Notes: generated by a model from the sequence alone, not told the origin. Shown: positions 45,359 through 56,884, counted from the first letter of the stretch. The stretch: DNA of 64,000 nt from Syntrophales bacterium (GCA_023228425.1 JALOBE010000004.1:1912-65911), one strand, 5' to 3'. Program-made: numbers and translations.

Positions 45359-46537
45359 CTAAGAGATGTCTCCCGAGGGGAGCAGCCGTTGCGGTTCACC
45401 GAGGAAAAAGTTTCCCCTCTCGATCTCTTCTTTTAAAATATGACAAATTTCAAGTGCTTTATAGTAGCTGGACATGGGTGCCGTGTCAATTGTTTTTCCG
45501 TTGATACGGATGGTTCCGCTTCGCAATTCCTTATAACTCACTTCAGCGATACTTCGGGCGGAACCGCCGGGATAGTCGACACCGTAATCATAGACCTGGG
45601 CGAAGATATCCTCATCCTTCACGGCGGTGAATTGTGCCATGTCCTCGTTGAGAATCGGGATGGGAACGCCGATTCCCACATACAGCGAAACCCCGTAGCC
45701 CAGGACGCTGGCCCCCACGAGCCAGCGGTCACTCATCTCTTTCAGGTTTCCCACGACGGCGAGTGTTCCGGCCCCCTCGCGGGGGACGCCGTTTTCACCT
45801 CTCATGACACTCGTATTGTGTTGCGTTCCGTTCCAGGCGACGTATCCCCGGGCCCCTCCCAGGAACAGGGCGGTACCCACGCCGATGGTTCTGAAAAAGG
45901 GATCGTTCAGAAGGGGACTCAGCTGCCCCGACGTGGAGTAGTTCGCGTTGGCCATGTGGGGACGCAATACGCCCATGTAGGTGTAGATGGTCCGGTCCGA
46001 CATGTTGACGGCGCAGTTATAGTTCTGATAGGCGTTTCTTGGATTGAAAAGGATGGCGTCCCTCAGATCCCTGAGGGTGATACTTTTTTCAAATTTTCGG
46101 GCCGGGTAGCAGTCGGTGCCGTAGCCTTCGATATGGACCTTGACGACATTGCCGGCCACCAGGTCCTCGATGACGTGCCCGCCGCCGTAATTGAATTCTC
46201 CCGGGTGGACGCTGTTGAGAGGATCACCCTCCACAACCGCCGTAGCTCCCAGGTAACAGTCAACGGCGGCGATGCCGGCATAGGCGGGAACGTTGTTGAG
46301 CCGGACTTTCGATGATTTGATTTTCGGCGAGGGGTGACCGAAATTCAGGAAGACTCCGGAAGAGCACATGATACCGAAGGTTCCCGTGGTTACCACGTCA
46401 ACGGTCCGCGCCGCTTCGACGGCTCCCTTACGCTCAACGATGTCTATAATTTCTTCGGCCGTTACGACGACGACGGAGCCTTCCCGTATTTTGCGGTTAA
46501 TCTCCTGGTAGGTTTTGGTAACGACGTGTTTTTTCAT
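45359..46537 (-). CDS. COG1900/DUF39-family homocysteine biosynthesis-type protein
   Basis: 392 aa. The N-terminus KTYQEINRKIREGSVVVVTAEE and overall pattern resemble the methanogen-type sulfide-dependent homocysteine synthesis protein family. From memory. Confidence 0.6.
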   Translation of the reverse strand: MKKHVVTKTYQEINRKIREGSVVVVTAEEIIDIVERKGAVEAARTVDVVTTGTFGIMCSSGVFLNFGHPSPKIKSSKVRLNNVPAYAGIAAVDCYLGATAVVEGDPLNSVHPGEFNYGGGHVIEDLVAGNVVKVHIEGYGTDCYPARKFEKSITLRDLRDAILFNPRNAYQNYNCAVNMSDRTIYTYMGVLRPHMANANYSTSGQLSPLLNDPFFRTIGVGTALFLGGARGYVAWNGTQHNTSVMRGENGVPREGAGTLAVVGNLKEMSDRWLVGASVLGYGVSLYVGIGVPIPILNEDMAQFTAVKDEDIFAQVYDYGVDYPGGSARSIAEVSYKELRSGTIRINGKTIDTAPMSSYYKALEICHILKEEIERGNFFLGEPQRLLPSGDIS

Positions 46538-46640
46538 TGATAGCCCCTCGATCTTTCCTATGTGGGATATACCAAAGACCGGGAAAACTCAAGGAGAGAA
46601 TAAGGGAGGCACGGTGGGTGAAAGCGGTGACTGCAGGACC

Positions 46641-47081
46641 TCACAGTCCCGTGTGGCCGAAGCCGCCGTCGCCGCGGGCCGTGGTGTCCAGTTCGGTCTC
46701 TTCGGTCCAGACGGCACGGACCACCTGCTGGACAACCATCTGGGCCACGCGGTCACCCCTGCGGACGAGGAACGGTTCATTTCCAAGGTTGATCATGATG
46801 AGGCATATCTCCCCGCGGTAATCGGCATCGATGGTCCCCGGGCTGTTCAGCAGCGTGACGCCGTGATTCACAGCCAGGCCGCTTCGGGGACGGATCTGCG
46901 CCTCGCAGCCCCGGGGGAGGGCCACGGAGATTCCCGTGGGAATCATCTTCCGTTCTCCGGGAAGGAGCTGTTCTTCCCGGAGAACGGCGGCGTAGAGATC
47001 CATGCCCGCCGCTCCGTCGGACATGTATCGGGGAAGGGGAAGGTCGGCCGTGTTGCCGACCCTCCGCAGAGGTATGCGCAT
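46641..47081 (-). CDS. dut: dUTP diphosphatase
   Basis: [36 protein letters not shown]. An ATG was chosen over the upstream GTG. Confidence 0.85.
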   Translation of the reverse strand: MRIPLRRVGNTADLPLPRYMSDGAAGMDLYAAVLREEQLLPGERKMIPTGISVALPRGCEAQIRPRSGLAVNHGVTLLNSPGTIDADYRGEICLIMINLGNEPFLVRRGDRVAQMVVQQVVRAVWTEETELDTTARGDGGFGHTGL

Positions 47082-47107
47082 CGACTGTCTCACCACGATT
47101 AATGGGG

Positions 47108-49234
47108 TCAGGGCAGTTCCTCGAGGGCGTCTTTCCGACTCAGCCGGACCTTGCCGTTTTTGTCGATATCGATCACCTTGACGGGAACGATGTCACCTTC
47201 CTTCAGTACGTCGGTAACCTTGGTCACCCGCCTGTTTTCAAGCTGTGAGATGTGTACGAGGCCGTCAAGACCGGGAATGATTTCCACGAAGGCGCCGAAA
47301 TCAACGATTCTCTTGACCGTTCCCATATAGATTTTTCCGATCTCCGCCTCTTCCGTGAGGGCCCTGATCATGGCGATTGCCCGTTCCGACGCTTCCGGCT
47401 CGCTCGAAGCGATGCTCACGCTGCCGTCGTCTTCGACGTCGATGGAGCAGCCTGTCTCGCTGATGATGTGGCGGATATTTTTCCCGCCCGTTCCGATGAC
47501 GTCACGGATGCGGTCGGGATTGATCTTGATGACGGTGATCCGCGGAGCGTAACGAGACATTTCGGGTCGCGGCTCCGAAAGGGTCTTCTCCATTTCTGAA
47601 AGGATGTGAAGCCGCCCCGCTTTTGCCTGTGACAAAGCCTGCCGCAGAATGTCCGCGGTGATGCCGTCGATCTTGATGTCCATCTGCATAGCCGTGATTC
47701 CCTTCCGGGTTCCGCAGACCTTGAAATCCATGTCGCCGGCGTGATCTTCATCGCCGAGGATATCGGACAGCATGGCTACCCGGTCACCTTCCTTGAGAAG
47801 ACCCATGGCGATTCCCGCAACAAGAGTCTTTATGGGAACGCCGCCGTCAAGAAGCGACAGGGTTCCGCCGCAGACAGTGGCCATGGATGACGAGCCGTTG
47901 GAGGACATGATCTCGGAAACGATCCTGATGGTGTAGGGGAATTCCTCCGCTGACGGCATGACAGGAATCAGAGCGCGTCGGGCGAGAACGCCGTGTCCGA
48001 TTTCACGGCGGCCGGGACCCCTCAGAAACCGCGCTTCACCGACGCAGTAGGGCGGAAAATTATAATGCAGCATGAAGGTGCGCAGTTCTTCTCCACCGAT
48101 ACCGTCCAGGCGCTGCTCGTCGGCCGAGGTTCCCAGGGTCATCATGGTCATCGCCTGGGTTTCCCCGCGGGTGAATATGGCCGATCCGTGGGTCCGGGGC
48201 AGAATTCCAACTTCACAGGTTATAGGACGTATTTCCTTGGGGGAACGTCCGTCGATCCTCACGTTCTCATCGAGAATCATGCTCCTGATGACGGCCTTTT
48301 CAAGCCCTTCAAGAACAGTTCCCACCTGGGACGCCATCAGGACGTCATCGGTCGCGAGTTCTTCTTTTACCGCCAGGCGGACGTCTCTGATCGCGGCGGA
48401 GCGTTGTGCCTTTGTCTTGATGCGGTATGCCGCCGAGAGACCTTCAAGGGCCCGTTCCTTGACTGAAACTACAAGTTCGTCGGGGATAAGGGGAACTTCA
48501 AAGGCCTGCTTTTCCTTGCCCACGGCGTCGCGCAGGCGGTCCTGAAGTTCAATGGCCGGCTTCAGTGAATCAAGGCCGAAGCTGATGGCTTCCAGAAGTG
48601 AGTCCTCATCCGCTTCCAGGGATCCTCCTTCAACCATGACAAGGTTGATGTCATATTCATCGCTGCCGGGAGAACGAGGGATTTTTCTGCCCACCAGGAA
48701 GAGATCGATGTCGCCGGCTTCCAGGTCTTCCGCCCTGGGATTGCAGATGAGCTGTCCATCCCGGCGGGCGATCCGGGCGCCGGCGATAGGACCGTCAAAG
48801 GGTATGTCCGACATGGTGAGGGCCGCCGATGCCCCGAGCATGGCGGCAATATCGGAGCCGTTGTCGCTGTCATAGGAAAGGACCGTGGCAATTATCTGGG
48901 TTTCGTAGCTCCAACCTCTGGGGAAAAGCGGGCGTATTGACCGGTCGATAAACCGGGAAGTGAGGGTTTCCTTTTCGTTTGGACGCCCTTCGCGCTTGAA
49001 GAATCCTCCGGGAATCTTGCCCGCCGCGGACGTCATTTCCTGGTAGTCAACGGTCAGGGGAAGAAAATCAATGCCCTCCCGTTTCGTCTTCTGGGAAACG
49101 GCAGTGACCAGAACAACGGTATCACCGTAACGGACGTAGGCGGACCCGTTGGCCTGACCCGCCACATAATTGGTTCTGATAGATATTTCCCTGCCCGCAA
49201 ATTCTGCAGTAAACACGTTGTTCATTGTTTTCAT
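47108..49234 (-). CDS. pnp: Polyribonucleotide nucleotidyltransferase (PNPase)
   Basis: 708 aa with two RNase PH domains and KH and S1 domains ([20 protein letters not shown]). Confidence 0.9.
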   Translation of the reverse strand: MKTMNNVFTAEFAGREISIRTNYVAGQANGSAYVRYGDTVVLVTAVSQKTKREGIDFLPLTVDYQEMTSAAGKIPGGFFKREGRPNEKETLTSRFIDRSIRPLFPRGWSYETQIIATVLSYDSDNGSDIAAMLGASAALTMSDIPFDGPIAGARIARRDGQLICNPRAEDLEAGDIDLFLVGRKIPRSPGSDEYDINLVMVEGGSLEADEDSLLEAISFGLDSLKPAIELQDRLRDAVGKEKQAFEVPLIPDELVVSVKERALEGLSAAYRIKTKAQRSAAIRDVRLAVKEELATDDVLMASQVGTVLEGLEKAVIRSMILDENVRIDGRSPKEIRPITCEVGILPRTHGSAIFTRGETQAMTMMTLGTSADEQRLDGIGGEELRTFMLHYNFPPYCVGEARFLRGPGRREIGHGVLARRALIPVMPSAEEFPYTIRIVSEIMSSNGSSSMATVCGGTLSLLDGGVPIKTLVAGIAMGLLKEGDRVAMLSDILGDEDHAGDMDFKVCGTRKGITAMQMDIKIDGITADILRQALSQAKAGRLHILSEMEKTLSEPRPEMSRYAPRITVIKINPDRIRDVIGTGGKNIRHIISETGCSIDVEDDGSVSIASSEPEASERAIAMIRALTEEAEIGKIYMGTVKRIVDFGAFVEIIPGLDGLVHISQLENRRVTKVTDVLKEGDIVPVKVIDIDKNGKVRLSRKDALEELP

Positions 49235-49256
49235 TTCCTCCTTGAAATGATGAAGA

Positions 49257-49523
49257 TTACCGTCTCAGGCCGAGTCGCTGGATAATGTCCCGGTAACGGT
49301 CTATCTGGGTATTTTTTAAGTAGTCCAGCAGGCGCCGCCGTTTTCCGACCAGCTTCAGCAGGCCCCGGCGGGAATGATGATCTTTTTTGTGTACCTTGAA
49401 GTGTTCCGTCAAGTATTCGATACGCGCGCTGAGCAGGGCGATCTGTACCTCGGGGGAACCCGTGTCATTGTCATGCTTTTTGTATGTGCTGATAATGTCC
49501 TTTTTCTTGCTTTCGTCTAACAC
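49257..49523 (-). CDS. rpsO: 30S ribosomal protein S15
   Basis: [47 protein letters not shown]. The second GTG was chosen as start (GAGGAG 8 nt upstream). Confidence 0.85.
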   Translation of the reverse strand: MLDESKKKDIISTYKKHDNDTGSPEVQIALLSARIEYLTEHFKVHKKDHHSRRGLLKLVGKRRRLLDYLKNTQIDRYRDIIQRLGLRR

Positions 49524-49567
49524 CGTTATCACTCCTCTCTGTGTATATGAGTCATCCTCGTACTGTG

Positions 49568-50500
49568 TCAGTTAAAAACACGAACAAGCTTGAGTATCTG
49601 TTCCCGTGCCCCTGCCGTCTTCAGCGCTTCCGGAGACAGCATCATCCGCGCTACGGCAACCATCCGTCCGTCATCGCGTACCAGCCGGACCAGGTCTCCC
49701 CGGTCCACCGCCGGGATGGCCGCCTTCTTCAGAATGCCACCCTCCGGTTGATACCCTTCCCGAATTCTGCGGGCCAGTTCGTCGTCGACGGTTATGGCTC
49801 GGCAGGTGTCGAGCACCCGCTCAAGGGGGACCAGGTTGTCCCGCACCATACGGGCGCCCCCACCGTTGACCAGGTCATCCAGACGAAGAGCGTTCTTTTC
49901 ACAGAACCGGCCGCTTCGGGTTCTCCTGAGACTCGCCAGGGCTGCTCCGCAGCCGAGACGGGCCCCCATGTCGTTGCACAGGGTCCGGATGTATGTCCCC
50001 TTCGAACAGGCCACCATAAACGTGACATAAGGCAGTGAAAATGACTCAATCTCGATGCCGTGAATGGTGATTTCCTTCACCGGAGTATCGAGGACAACCC
50101 CGTTTCTTGCCCAGCGATGGTGTGGCCTGCCCCGGTATTTCGCTGCTGAATAACGGGGAACTTTCTGCTCCATTCTTCCCACGAAGGCTCCGGCCGCCGA
50201 TTCCAACGCCTGCCGCGTTACGTTTCCCGGGTCCCGCCCGGACAGGACGGTGCCTGTTATGTCTTGTGTGTCGGTGGTGATGCCCAGCATCATTGTGGCC
50301 CGGTATTCCTTGTCGTCCTCCGCGAGAAAAGGCGCCATTTTCGTTCCCTCATTGATGCAGAGGGGAAGTACTCCCGTTGCCAGGGGATCGAGCGTTCCCG
50401 TGTGTCCGATTTTTCGAATTCCCAGTATCTTTCGCAGGTCCCGTACGACATCGAAGGAGGTCTTGCCCGCCGGCTTGTCCACAACGACGATGCCGCTCAT
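49568..50500 (-). CDS. truB: tRNA pseudouridine-55 synthase
   Basis: ORF trimmed to [19 protein letters not shown]. Contains [16 protein letters not shown]. Confidence 0.85.
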   Translation of the reverse strand: MSGIVVVDKPAGKTSFDVVRDLRKILGIRKIGHTGTLDPLATGVLPLCINEGTKMAPFLAEDDKEYRATMMLGITTDTQDITGTVLSGRDPGNVTRQALESAAGAFVGRMEQKVPRYSAAKYRGRPHHRWARNGVVLDTPVKEITIHGIEIESFSLPYVTFMVACSKGTYIRTLCNDMGARLGCGAALASLRRTRSGRFCEKNALRLDDLVNGGGARMVRDNLVPLERVLDTCRAITVDDELARRIREGYQPEGGILKKAAIPAVDRGDLVRLVRDDGRMVAVARMMLSPEALKTAGAREQILKLVRVFN

Positions 50501-50525
50501 ATCCGCCTTTCGTTCCTCGGTCCGC

Positions 50526-51854
50526 TCATGTCCGGTCATTCTCTCCGGCCTCCTCATCATCCAGATGGTCGGCCACAACGGCATCAACCCTGTTTCTCAC
50601 ATCTTCCAGACTTCCCGCAATCCTGCAGGCTGATGCGTTTCGGTGGCCTCCTCCCCCGAAGACCCGGGCCGCCCGTTCCACGTCCGCCGATCCCTTTGAC
50701 CTGAAACTGACCTTCCAGGATCCGTCGACCATTTCGAAGTATGTCAGGGCTATGCGGATCCCTTCGATGGCCCGGACCTGATCGACGATGCCTTCGGCAT
50801 GCTCGGGCAGGGCCCGCTCTTCTCTCATGGTGGCCTGGTCCAGGACCACGGAGCCGACCATTCCCCCATGGCTCAGGCGCAGGGTTCCCAAGGCCCGGGT
50901 CATGAGTCTCACGGCTGTAAGCGCCCGTGTCTCATAAATGTTTTCCGATACCTCCCGGGGATCAGCGCCGGCATCCACGAGCCGGGCGGCAAGGACGAAG
51001 GTGTCCCGGCCGGTGTTTGAATACCTGAAAGAGCCCGTGTCGGTGATCACCGCCGTGTAAATGTTCACGGCAACCTCTGTCGTCAGGGGAACACCCAGCC
51101 TGTCGATGATGCGCACCAGCAGTTCTCCCGTCGAACTGACCGTGGTGTCGATCAGGGAAAGGGGCCCCTCAGTATCGTTCGGACGATGGTGATCGATGAT
51201 GATCAGCCTGTCCACGGACTTGATTTTTTCGGCTTCAGTCCCGATCCTCTCCGGTTCGTTACAGTCGAGCAGAACAACCGCGTCGAACCGGTCCACGGAA
51301 CCGAGCGTGTGGGCAATCGCGCCGACTCCCGGAAGAAACCGGTATATGTCGGGTACTTTGTCCTGGCAGAAAACGAGAGCCTCCTTGCCCATGCCCCGAA
51401 GGACGTGGGAAAGGGCAAGAAGAGAGCCTATGGCGTCTCCGTCGGGACGCACATGAGACGCGAGCAGGAGCGACCGGGACTGGCGGATGGCATCGGCCAC
51501 CCGATCCGCCGCGGGAGTCTCGATCCTGGTCAGAATCCGCTCTATGCGCGCCCCGTAGTCGAAGGATTCGTCGAAGGTGAATTCGATATTCGGCACGTAC
51601 CGAAGCTTCAGGTGCTTTCCCAGTTCCCGCTTGAAAAAGCTCGTAGCCTTTTTAAGCCCCTCCGCCGTTTCCTTTGTGTAGCCTTCTTCTCCCATCCTGA
51701 CAAAAAATATCCGGGCAAACCGCAGGTCGTCGGACATCTTTACGCCCGTTACGGTAAGATTCTGAATTCGGGGATCGGCGACGTCGCGAAGTATCAGACG
51801 CGACAGCTCCGCCTTTATGAGATCGGCTACCCGGTCTGCCCTCTTATGAGTCAT
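50526..51854 (-). CDS. Fusion protein: ribosome-binding factor A (N-terminal) plus DHH/DHHA1 NrnA-like phosphoesterase (C-terminal)
   Basis: One uninterrupted frame. The N-terminal about 115 aa are RbfA-like (RADRVADLIKAELSRLI...LRYVPNIEFTFDES). The rest carries DHH motifs (HVRPDGDAIGS, LLDCN, IIDHH, DTGSFRYSNT) and the DHHA1 motif GGGGH. The start could also be the ATG at 51881. Confidence 0.75.
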   Translation of the reverse strand: MTHKRADRVADLIKAELSRLILRDVADPRIQNLTVTGVKMSDDLRFARIFFVRMGEEGYTKETAEGLKKATSFFKRELGKHLKLRYVPNIEFTFDESFDYGARIERILTRIETPAADRVADAIRQSRSLLLASHVRPDGDAIGSLLALSHVLRGMGKEALVFCQDKVPDIYRFLPGVGAIAHTLGSVDRFDAVVLLDCNEPERIGTEAEKIKSVDRLIIIDHHRPNDTEGPLSLIDTTVSSTGELLVRIIDRLGVPLTTEVAVNIYTAVITDTGSFRYSNTGRDTFVLAARLVDAGADPREVSENIYETRALTAVRLMTRALGTLRLSHGGMVGSVVLDQATMREERALPEHAEGIVDQVRAIEGIRIALTYFEMVDGSWKVSFRSKGSADVERAARVFGGGGHRNASACRIAGSLEDVRNRVDAVVADHLDDEEAGENDRT

Positions 51855-52182
51855 CGAACTTACCTTCTCGAAGATAGACATCTTCGCCGTAATCGGACAG
51901 GGTGAGCAGTTCTTTTTTCGCGTCCACTATTTCAACCAGACGAAGGTCTTCCATATAATTCATGATGGTACTCATGGTGGAATCGATGTGCCCCCGTTCG
52001 TTTCCCACGACGGCAAAGCCCAGGGTGCATCGTTTCCAGTTGTCGTTATCGCCGACTTCCGCCATGGATATATTAAAGGTATTTCGAACACGGGCCGTCA
52101 CTTTTCGTACCACGGCGCGCTTTTCCTTCAGCGACCGGCACTCGGGTATAAATAACTTGATTATGCCTGTTCCCACTACCAC
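51844..52182 (-). CDS. DUF503 (YlxP-like) protein
   Basis: GIIKLFIPECRSLKEKRAVVRKV pattern. A GTG start has GAAGGAG 7 nt upstream. It occupies the canonical position between infB and rbfA. Confidence 0.65.
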   Translation of the reverse strand: MVVGTGIIKLFIPECRSLKEKRAVVRKVTARVRNTFNISMAEVGDNDNWKRCTLGFAVVGNERGHIDSTMSTIMNYMEDLRLVEIVDAKKELLTLSDYGEDVYLREGKFDDS

Positions 52183-52308
52183 ACTGAAACTCCTTCGGGT
52201 TCCCGGAGGTTCCTCGCGGGCCGCCGAACACTGCTCCGAATGTCGCCCCCGGGAGGGGCGTGCCATACGGAACGACCTGTTCTTCAGAGCAACGGCGCGG
52301 GGCTCGCC

Positions 52309-54801
52309 TCAACCCTTCGTTCCCTCGAGAGTCCGCTCAACTTTCCGTTTCGTGTAGGTTTCAACGATGTCCCCTACCCGTATGTCATCGAACCCGTCAA
52401 CGCCGATGCCGCACTCATACCCCGACGCGACCTCTTTGACGTCGTCCTTGAATCGTTTCAGGGATAGGAACTTGCCGTTGTGTATGACAATCCCGTCCCT
52501 GATAAGCCGGAGAAGGGAGCTTCTCGCCAGTTTGCCGCTTGTGACATAACTGCCGGCTATGACACCCACCTTGGGGATCCTGAAGATTTCCCGTACCTCC
52601 GCGGTGCCTTCTCGCTCTTCTTCGTACAGGGGTTCCAGGAGACCTTCCATTGCGGCCCTGACTTCAGCGATGGCTTCGTATATGATTTCATAAAACTTGA
52701 GATCCACGCCTTCCTGTTCTGCCAGGTCAATAATGCGGGCGTCGGGACGGACCCGGTAGCCTATGATGACCGCCTCTGAAGCGGAGGCGAGCATGACGTC
52801 ATTCTCGTTAATAGTTCCCACCGAGGCGTGAATAATGGAGAGCTTGATTTCATCTGTGCTGATTTTCTGCAGGGCTTCCGAAAGAGCCTCGATGGATCCC
52901 TGCACGTCGCCCTTGAGTACAACCCTGAGTTCCTTCGCCCCTTCTTTAATCCGCTCATAGAGCTGTTCCAGGGTGACCTTGGAGGTCATGGAAAGCTTTT
53001 TCTCCCGCTCCTTACGGGCCATGTACTCTCCTATTTCCCTGGCTTTCTTCTCATCCTCAACGCAGACGAAATCGATGCCCACGGAAGGAACTTTCGAGAA
53101 ACCGATAACTTCGATGGGCGTCGAGGGGCCGGCCGATGAGACTCTTTTCCCCTGGTCGTCAATCATGGCCCGCACTTTTCCGTATTCTGTTCTTGAAACA
53201 AAGGCGTCTCCCTCGTGAAGCGTTCCCTCCTGTATGATGACCGTCGCCACGGGCCCCCGGCCCTTGTCGAGCTTGCTTTCGATGATGATGCCCTGGGCGG
53301 GCCTGTCGGGATCGGCCTTGAGTTCCAGAATGTCTGCCTGAAGCAGGATCAGTTCGAGCAGGTCGTCGATCCCTCGATTCTCCTTGGCTGAAACATCCGC
53401 GAATATGGTGTCGCCGCCCCAGTCTTCCGGGACCAGACCGTGCTGGGACAATTGAGTCCGGATCCTTTCCCTGTCGGCTCCGGGTTTGTCGATTTTGTTG
53501 ACGGCCACGATAATGGGAACACCGGCGGCACGAGAGTGGTTGATGGCCTCCACGGTCTGGTCCATGACCCCGTCGTCGGCCGCGACAACAAGAACCACGA
53601 TGTCGGTTACTTTGGCGCCTCTGGCACGCATGGTGGTAAAGGCTTCATGGCCCGGCGTATCAAGGAAAACAATGTCCCGGTCGTTGATATGAACGTGGTA
53701 GGCGCCGATGGCCTGGGTGATTCCCCCCGTTTCGTCGTCAATGACGTTGGTCTTCCGGATAACGTCCAGGAGGGATGTTTTACCGTGATCCACATGTCCC
53801 ATGACGGTTACCACCGGGGCCCGGGGACGGAGCTTCTCGGGCGTGGCTTCTGTCTTGGGGATAACCTCATCGTATTCGAAAGTCACCGTTTCCACCTGGT
53901 ATCCGAACTCACCGGCCACCAGCGTCGCCACGTCGGCGTCGATGGACTGGTTTATGGTTACCATCATGCCCATGCCCATGAGCTTCGAGATCACCTCGTT
54001 TGTTTTTACACCCATTCTCTTTGCCAGATCGCCGACCTGGATAGCTTCGTCCACCTTTATCCGCCTTTTAATCGCTTTGGGCGTGGTGATTTCCGTTTTT
54101 TTGGGGACGACGGCAACCGGCTTTCTCTGTGCCTTCCAGGCAACGACCGCTTCGGGGTCCCGTTCCTTCCTGCCACGCCGTTCCTTTCGTTCCACGATCT
54201 GTTTGACAAAGGCCTTCTTGCGGGCGGGCACTTCCTCCACGGGGACGGGAACGGGCCGCTTCCTCTTTTTCGCTTCCGGGACGGCGTCCTCGGCGGCTGT
54301 GGCCGGTTTTTCTTTCTCCTCCAGTTCTTTCTCCGCCTCGGGAGGGATCGGAATCACGTCCGCCTCCGGCTGAACCGGTGACTTGTCGGCGACTTTATCG
54401 CGTTTGACTTCTTTCGGTTTTTCAGGCGCTCGCCGTTCTTCTTCCGCCGGTGCCGAAGGCTCGGGTGCCGTGGGTTCCGGTGCCGCAAGTTCAACTGCCG
54501 CAGGTTCAGGCGTCGCGGCTTCAGAGGCTTTGCTGTCCTCCGGCGTTTCTTCCACGACGGGTGGCGCCGGCTTTTCTTTCCGAACTGCTCTTCGGCGAAT
54601 AACCGTTGATTTTACACGCTTTTCTACAACTTTGTCAGGTTCGCCCAAGGCAAATTCCCGCTTGGCACGATCGACGTCACTCTTTTCGAGAGTACTGGAA
54701 TGAGACTTCACGGCTATGCCGATTTTTTCCAGGCGAGCGATGAGTTCTTTCGTTTCGATGGCGAGTTCTTTTGCAAGGTCGTACACTCTTTTTTTGGGCA
54801 T
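52309..54801 (-). CDS. infB: Translation initiation factor IF-2
   Basis: 830 aa with a G domain ([26 protein letters not shown]). Confidence 0.9.
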   Translation of the reverse strand: MPKKRVYDLAKELAIETKELIARLEKIGIAVKSHSSTLEKSDVDRAKREFALGEPDKVVEKRVKSTVIRRRAVRKEKPAPPVVEETPEDSKASEAATPEPAAVELAAPEPTAPEPSAPAEEERRAPEKPKEVKRDKVADKSPVQPEADVIPIPPEAEKELEEKEKPATAAEDAVPEAKKRKRPVPVPVEEVPARKKAFVKQIVERKERRGRKERDPEAVVAWKAQRKPVAVVPKKTEITTPKAIKRRIKVDEAIQVGDLAKRMGVKTNEVISKLMGMGMMVTINQSIDADVATLVAGEFGYQVETVTFEYDEVIPKTEATPEKLRPRAPVVTVMGHVDHGKTSLLDVIRKTNVIDDETGGITQAIGAYHVHINDRDIVFLDTPGHEAFTTMRARGAKVTDIVVLVVAADDGVMDQTVEAINHSRAAGVPIIVAVNKIDKPGADRERIRTQLSQHGLVPEDWGGDTIFADVSAKENRGIDDLLELILLQADILELKADPDRPAQGIIIESKLDKGRGPVATVIIQEGTLHEGDAFVSRTEYGKVRAMIDDQGKRVSSAGPSTPIEVIGFSKVPSVGIDFVCVEDEKKAREIGEYMARKEREKKLSMTSKVTLEQLYERIKEGAKELRVVLKGDVQGSIEALSEALQKISTDEIKLSIIHASVGTINENDVMLASASEAVIIGYRVRPDARIIDLAEQEGVDLKFYEIIYEAIAEVRAAMEGLLEPLYEEEREGTAEVREIFRIPKVGVIAGSYVTSGKLARSSLLRLIRDGIVIHNGKFLSLKRFKDDVKEVASGYECGIGVDGFDDIRVGDIVETYTKRKVERTLEGTKG

Positions 54802-54847
54802 GCTTGAAACTCCTGCTTATACGCCGGGTGCTTTCGCGGAGCATCCT

Positions 54848-56209
54848 CTATTGAGCGGGCGCGTCTTTATTGATCTCTTCCCTGTCTTCATCCGGTTCCG
54901 GTTCTGGTTCAGTTACAGTGCGTGCTCCGGCATCGATGTGCTCATGCTCCTGTTCGGCTTCCTCCTCCTCGTCGGCTCCATCGAACCGTGAGGCCTGGGC
55001 GATCCATGAGGCCGCTTTGTCTCTGGTTACTTTGAGGGCGGTTCCGAGCACCTCGGGATCGGCCGAGGTTATCATGGGAATTGTCTTGAATCCCTGGTTG
55101 AAGAGCATCTCCGCGGTTGTGGCGTCCACACCGGGGATTCTCTGGAGCGCCTTGATCGCCTCTTCTCTCTGGGCGTCCACGGACGAGCCGCTCTTAACGT
55201 CTATCTTCCAGCCCGTCAGGCGTGCCGCCAGTCGCACGTTCTGCCCGTTCTTGCCGATGGCCAGAGAAAGCTGATCGTCGGGGACGATGACTTCGATTGA
55301 CCGTCCCTCCTCGTCGATGAAAACACGGTCAACCTTTGCCGGTGAAAGGGCGCTGCAGACATAGGAAACAGGATTGTCGGCGTAGGGGACGATATCGATC
55401 TTTTCTCCCCGCAGTTCCTGGACAACCCCCTGGACCCGCGATCCGCGCATGCCCACGCAGGCACCCACGGGATCGATATCGCGGTCCTTTGTTCTGACGG
55501 CAATTTTTGTTCGGTGGCCCGGTTCCCGTGCCACGTTGACAATTTCGATAAAACCCTCCGATATTTCCGGGACTTCAAGTTCAAAGAGGCACTTGATAAA
55601 AGCGGGGTGTGTTCGCGACAGGATGATCTGGGGACCCTTCGATATATGTTTGACATCCACGATATAGGCCCTGATGCGCTCACCCCGCTTGAAGGTCTCC
55701 CGGTAAATCTGTTCAGATGTCGGAATGATTCCCTCCGCCCTTCCGAGATTCACGATGATGTTTCCGCCTTCAAAGCGTTGCACGGAACCGTTTGCCAGTT
55801 CTCCCTTGCGATCCTTGAATTCTTCATAGATGATATCCCGCTCGGCATCCTTGACTTTCTGTATTATAATCTGTTTTGCGGCCTGCACGCCAATGCGCCC
55901 GAAGGTATTGGTTTCGATTTTCATGCCCAGACTGTCTCCGAGCTCCGCGCCCTCGTCAAGGGCGGCCCGGGCTTCCTCCAGCGATACCTGCATGTCCGGA
56001 TGGATTACCTCGTTGACCACCGTCTTGAACTGAAAGACTTCGACTTCACCTATTTCTTCGTTGTAGGCGGCTTCCAGTTCCAGATCCTGTCCCATTTTCT
56101 TTTTTGCGGCCGTCAAAACCGCCGTTTCAAGGGCATCGACAATGATGTCGCGGTCGAGTCCCTTTTCTTTGCCAAGCTGATCAATAAGACGTTTCAGATC
56201 TGGTCCCAT
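54848..56209 (-). CDS. nusA: Transcription termination/antitermination factor NusA
   Basis: 453 aa with S1 and two KH regions, plus an acidic C-terminal tail. Confidence 0.9.
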   Translation of the reverse strand: MGPDLKRLIDQLGKEKGLDRDIIVDALETAVLTAAKKKMGQDLELEAAYNEEIGEVEVFQFKTVVNEVIHPDMQVSLEEARAALDEGAELGDSLGMKIETNTFGRIGVQAAKQIIIQKVKDAERDIIYEEFKDRKGELANGSVQRFEGGNIIVNLGRAEGIIPTSEQIYRETFKRGERIRAYIVDVKHISKGPQIILSRTHPAFIKCLFELEVPEISEGFIEIVNVAREPGHRTKIAVRTKDRDIDPVGACVGMRGSRVQGVVQELRGEKIDIVPYADNPVSYVCSALSPAKVDRVFIDEEGRSIEVIVPDDQLSLAIGKNGQNVRLAARLTGWKIDVKSGSSVDAQREEAIKALQRIPGVDATTAEMLFNQGFKTIPMITSADPEVLGTALKVTRDKAASWIAQASRFDGADEEEEAEQEHEHIDAGARTVTEPEPEPDEDREEINKDAPAQ

Positions 56210-56230
56210 TGAATTATTCCTCCACCTTGT

Positions 56231-56704
56231 TCACAATTCATACTTGAGATTCGCCCTGTCGATGATACTGCGCGGTATGCGGCAGTGCTTTCCTTCCACG
56301 TCGACCACCACGATCCCGGTATTCCCGTCGGTGATGTAATCCACAAGGCATCCCGTGAAATTTTTTCGTCCGTCGATGCTCTCCCTGGTTCTGATTTTTA
56401 TGGTTTTTCCCCGAAAGGCGAGAAAGTCCTTATCCCGGCTGAGGGGACGATCGAGGCCGGGCGACGAAACTTCGAGGTCGTAGGGACCGGGAGGTATGTC
56501 GTATACGGAAAGTACATCTCCTATTTCATGACTTACCCGTGCGCAATCATCAACGGTGACACCGCTGCCGCTGTCGATATAGATCCGTACCAGCCATCGC
56601 GCTTTTCCGCGTCTGCACTCAACGAGAACGAGTTCAAGGTCTTCGGCCTCGATGATCGGTTCGATCATCTTCCGGATCCGCACCTCGTATGATCCACGCT
56701 CCAT
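56231..56704 (-). CDS. rimP: Ribosome maturation factor RimP
   Basis: 157 aa. Its position upstream of nusA and the LEVSSPGLDRPL motif support the call. Confidence 0.85.
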   Translation of the reverse strand: MERGSYEVRIRKMIEPIIEAEDLELVLVECRRGKARWLVRIYIDSGSGVTVDDCARVSHEIGDVLSVYDIPPGPYDLEVSSPGLDRPLSRDKDFLAFRGKTIKIRTRESIDGRKNFTGCLVDYITDGNTGIVVVDVEGKHCRIPRSIIDRANLKYEL

Positions 56705-56721
56705 GGTCGCTGTAACCGTAA

Positions 56722-56748
56722 ATGAAAAAAGTGGGCGGGGCCCACTTT
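56722..56748 (-). terminator. Hairpin plus U-tract between tRNA-Gly and rimP
   Basis: On the minus strand: AAAGTGGG-ccccg-CCCACTTT followed by TTTT. Confidence 0.55.
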
Positions 56749-56809
56749 AAGTCAAGTGAATTTCTTTCGAAATCCCTATCATAAAGCAACTGTCATTGCA
56801 ATGAAAAAA

Positions 56810-56884
56810 TGGAGCGGGCGATGGGGCTCGAACCCACGACGTCCAGCTTGGGAAGCTGACATTCTACCACTGAATTACGCCCGC
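56810..56884 (-). tRNA. tRNA-Gly (anticodon CCC)
   Basis: The reverse complement reads GCGGGCGTAATTCAGTGGTAGAATGTCAGCTTCCCAAGCTGGACGTCGTGGGTTCGAGCCCCATCGCCCGCTCCA. It forms a cloverleaf with anticodon loop TTCCCAA. Confidence 0.9.
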
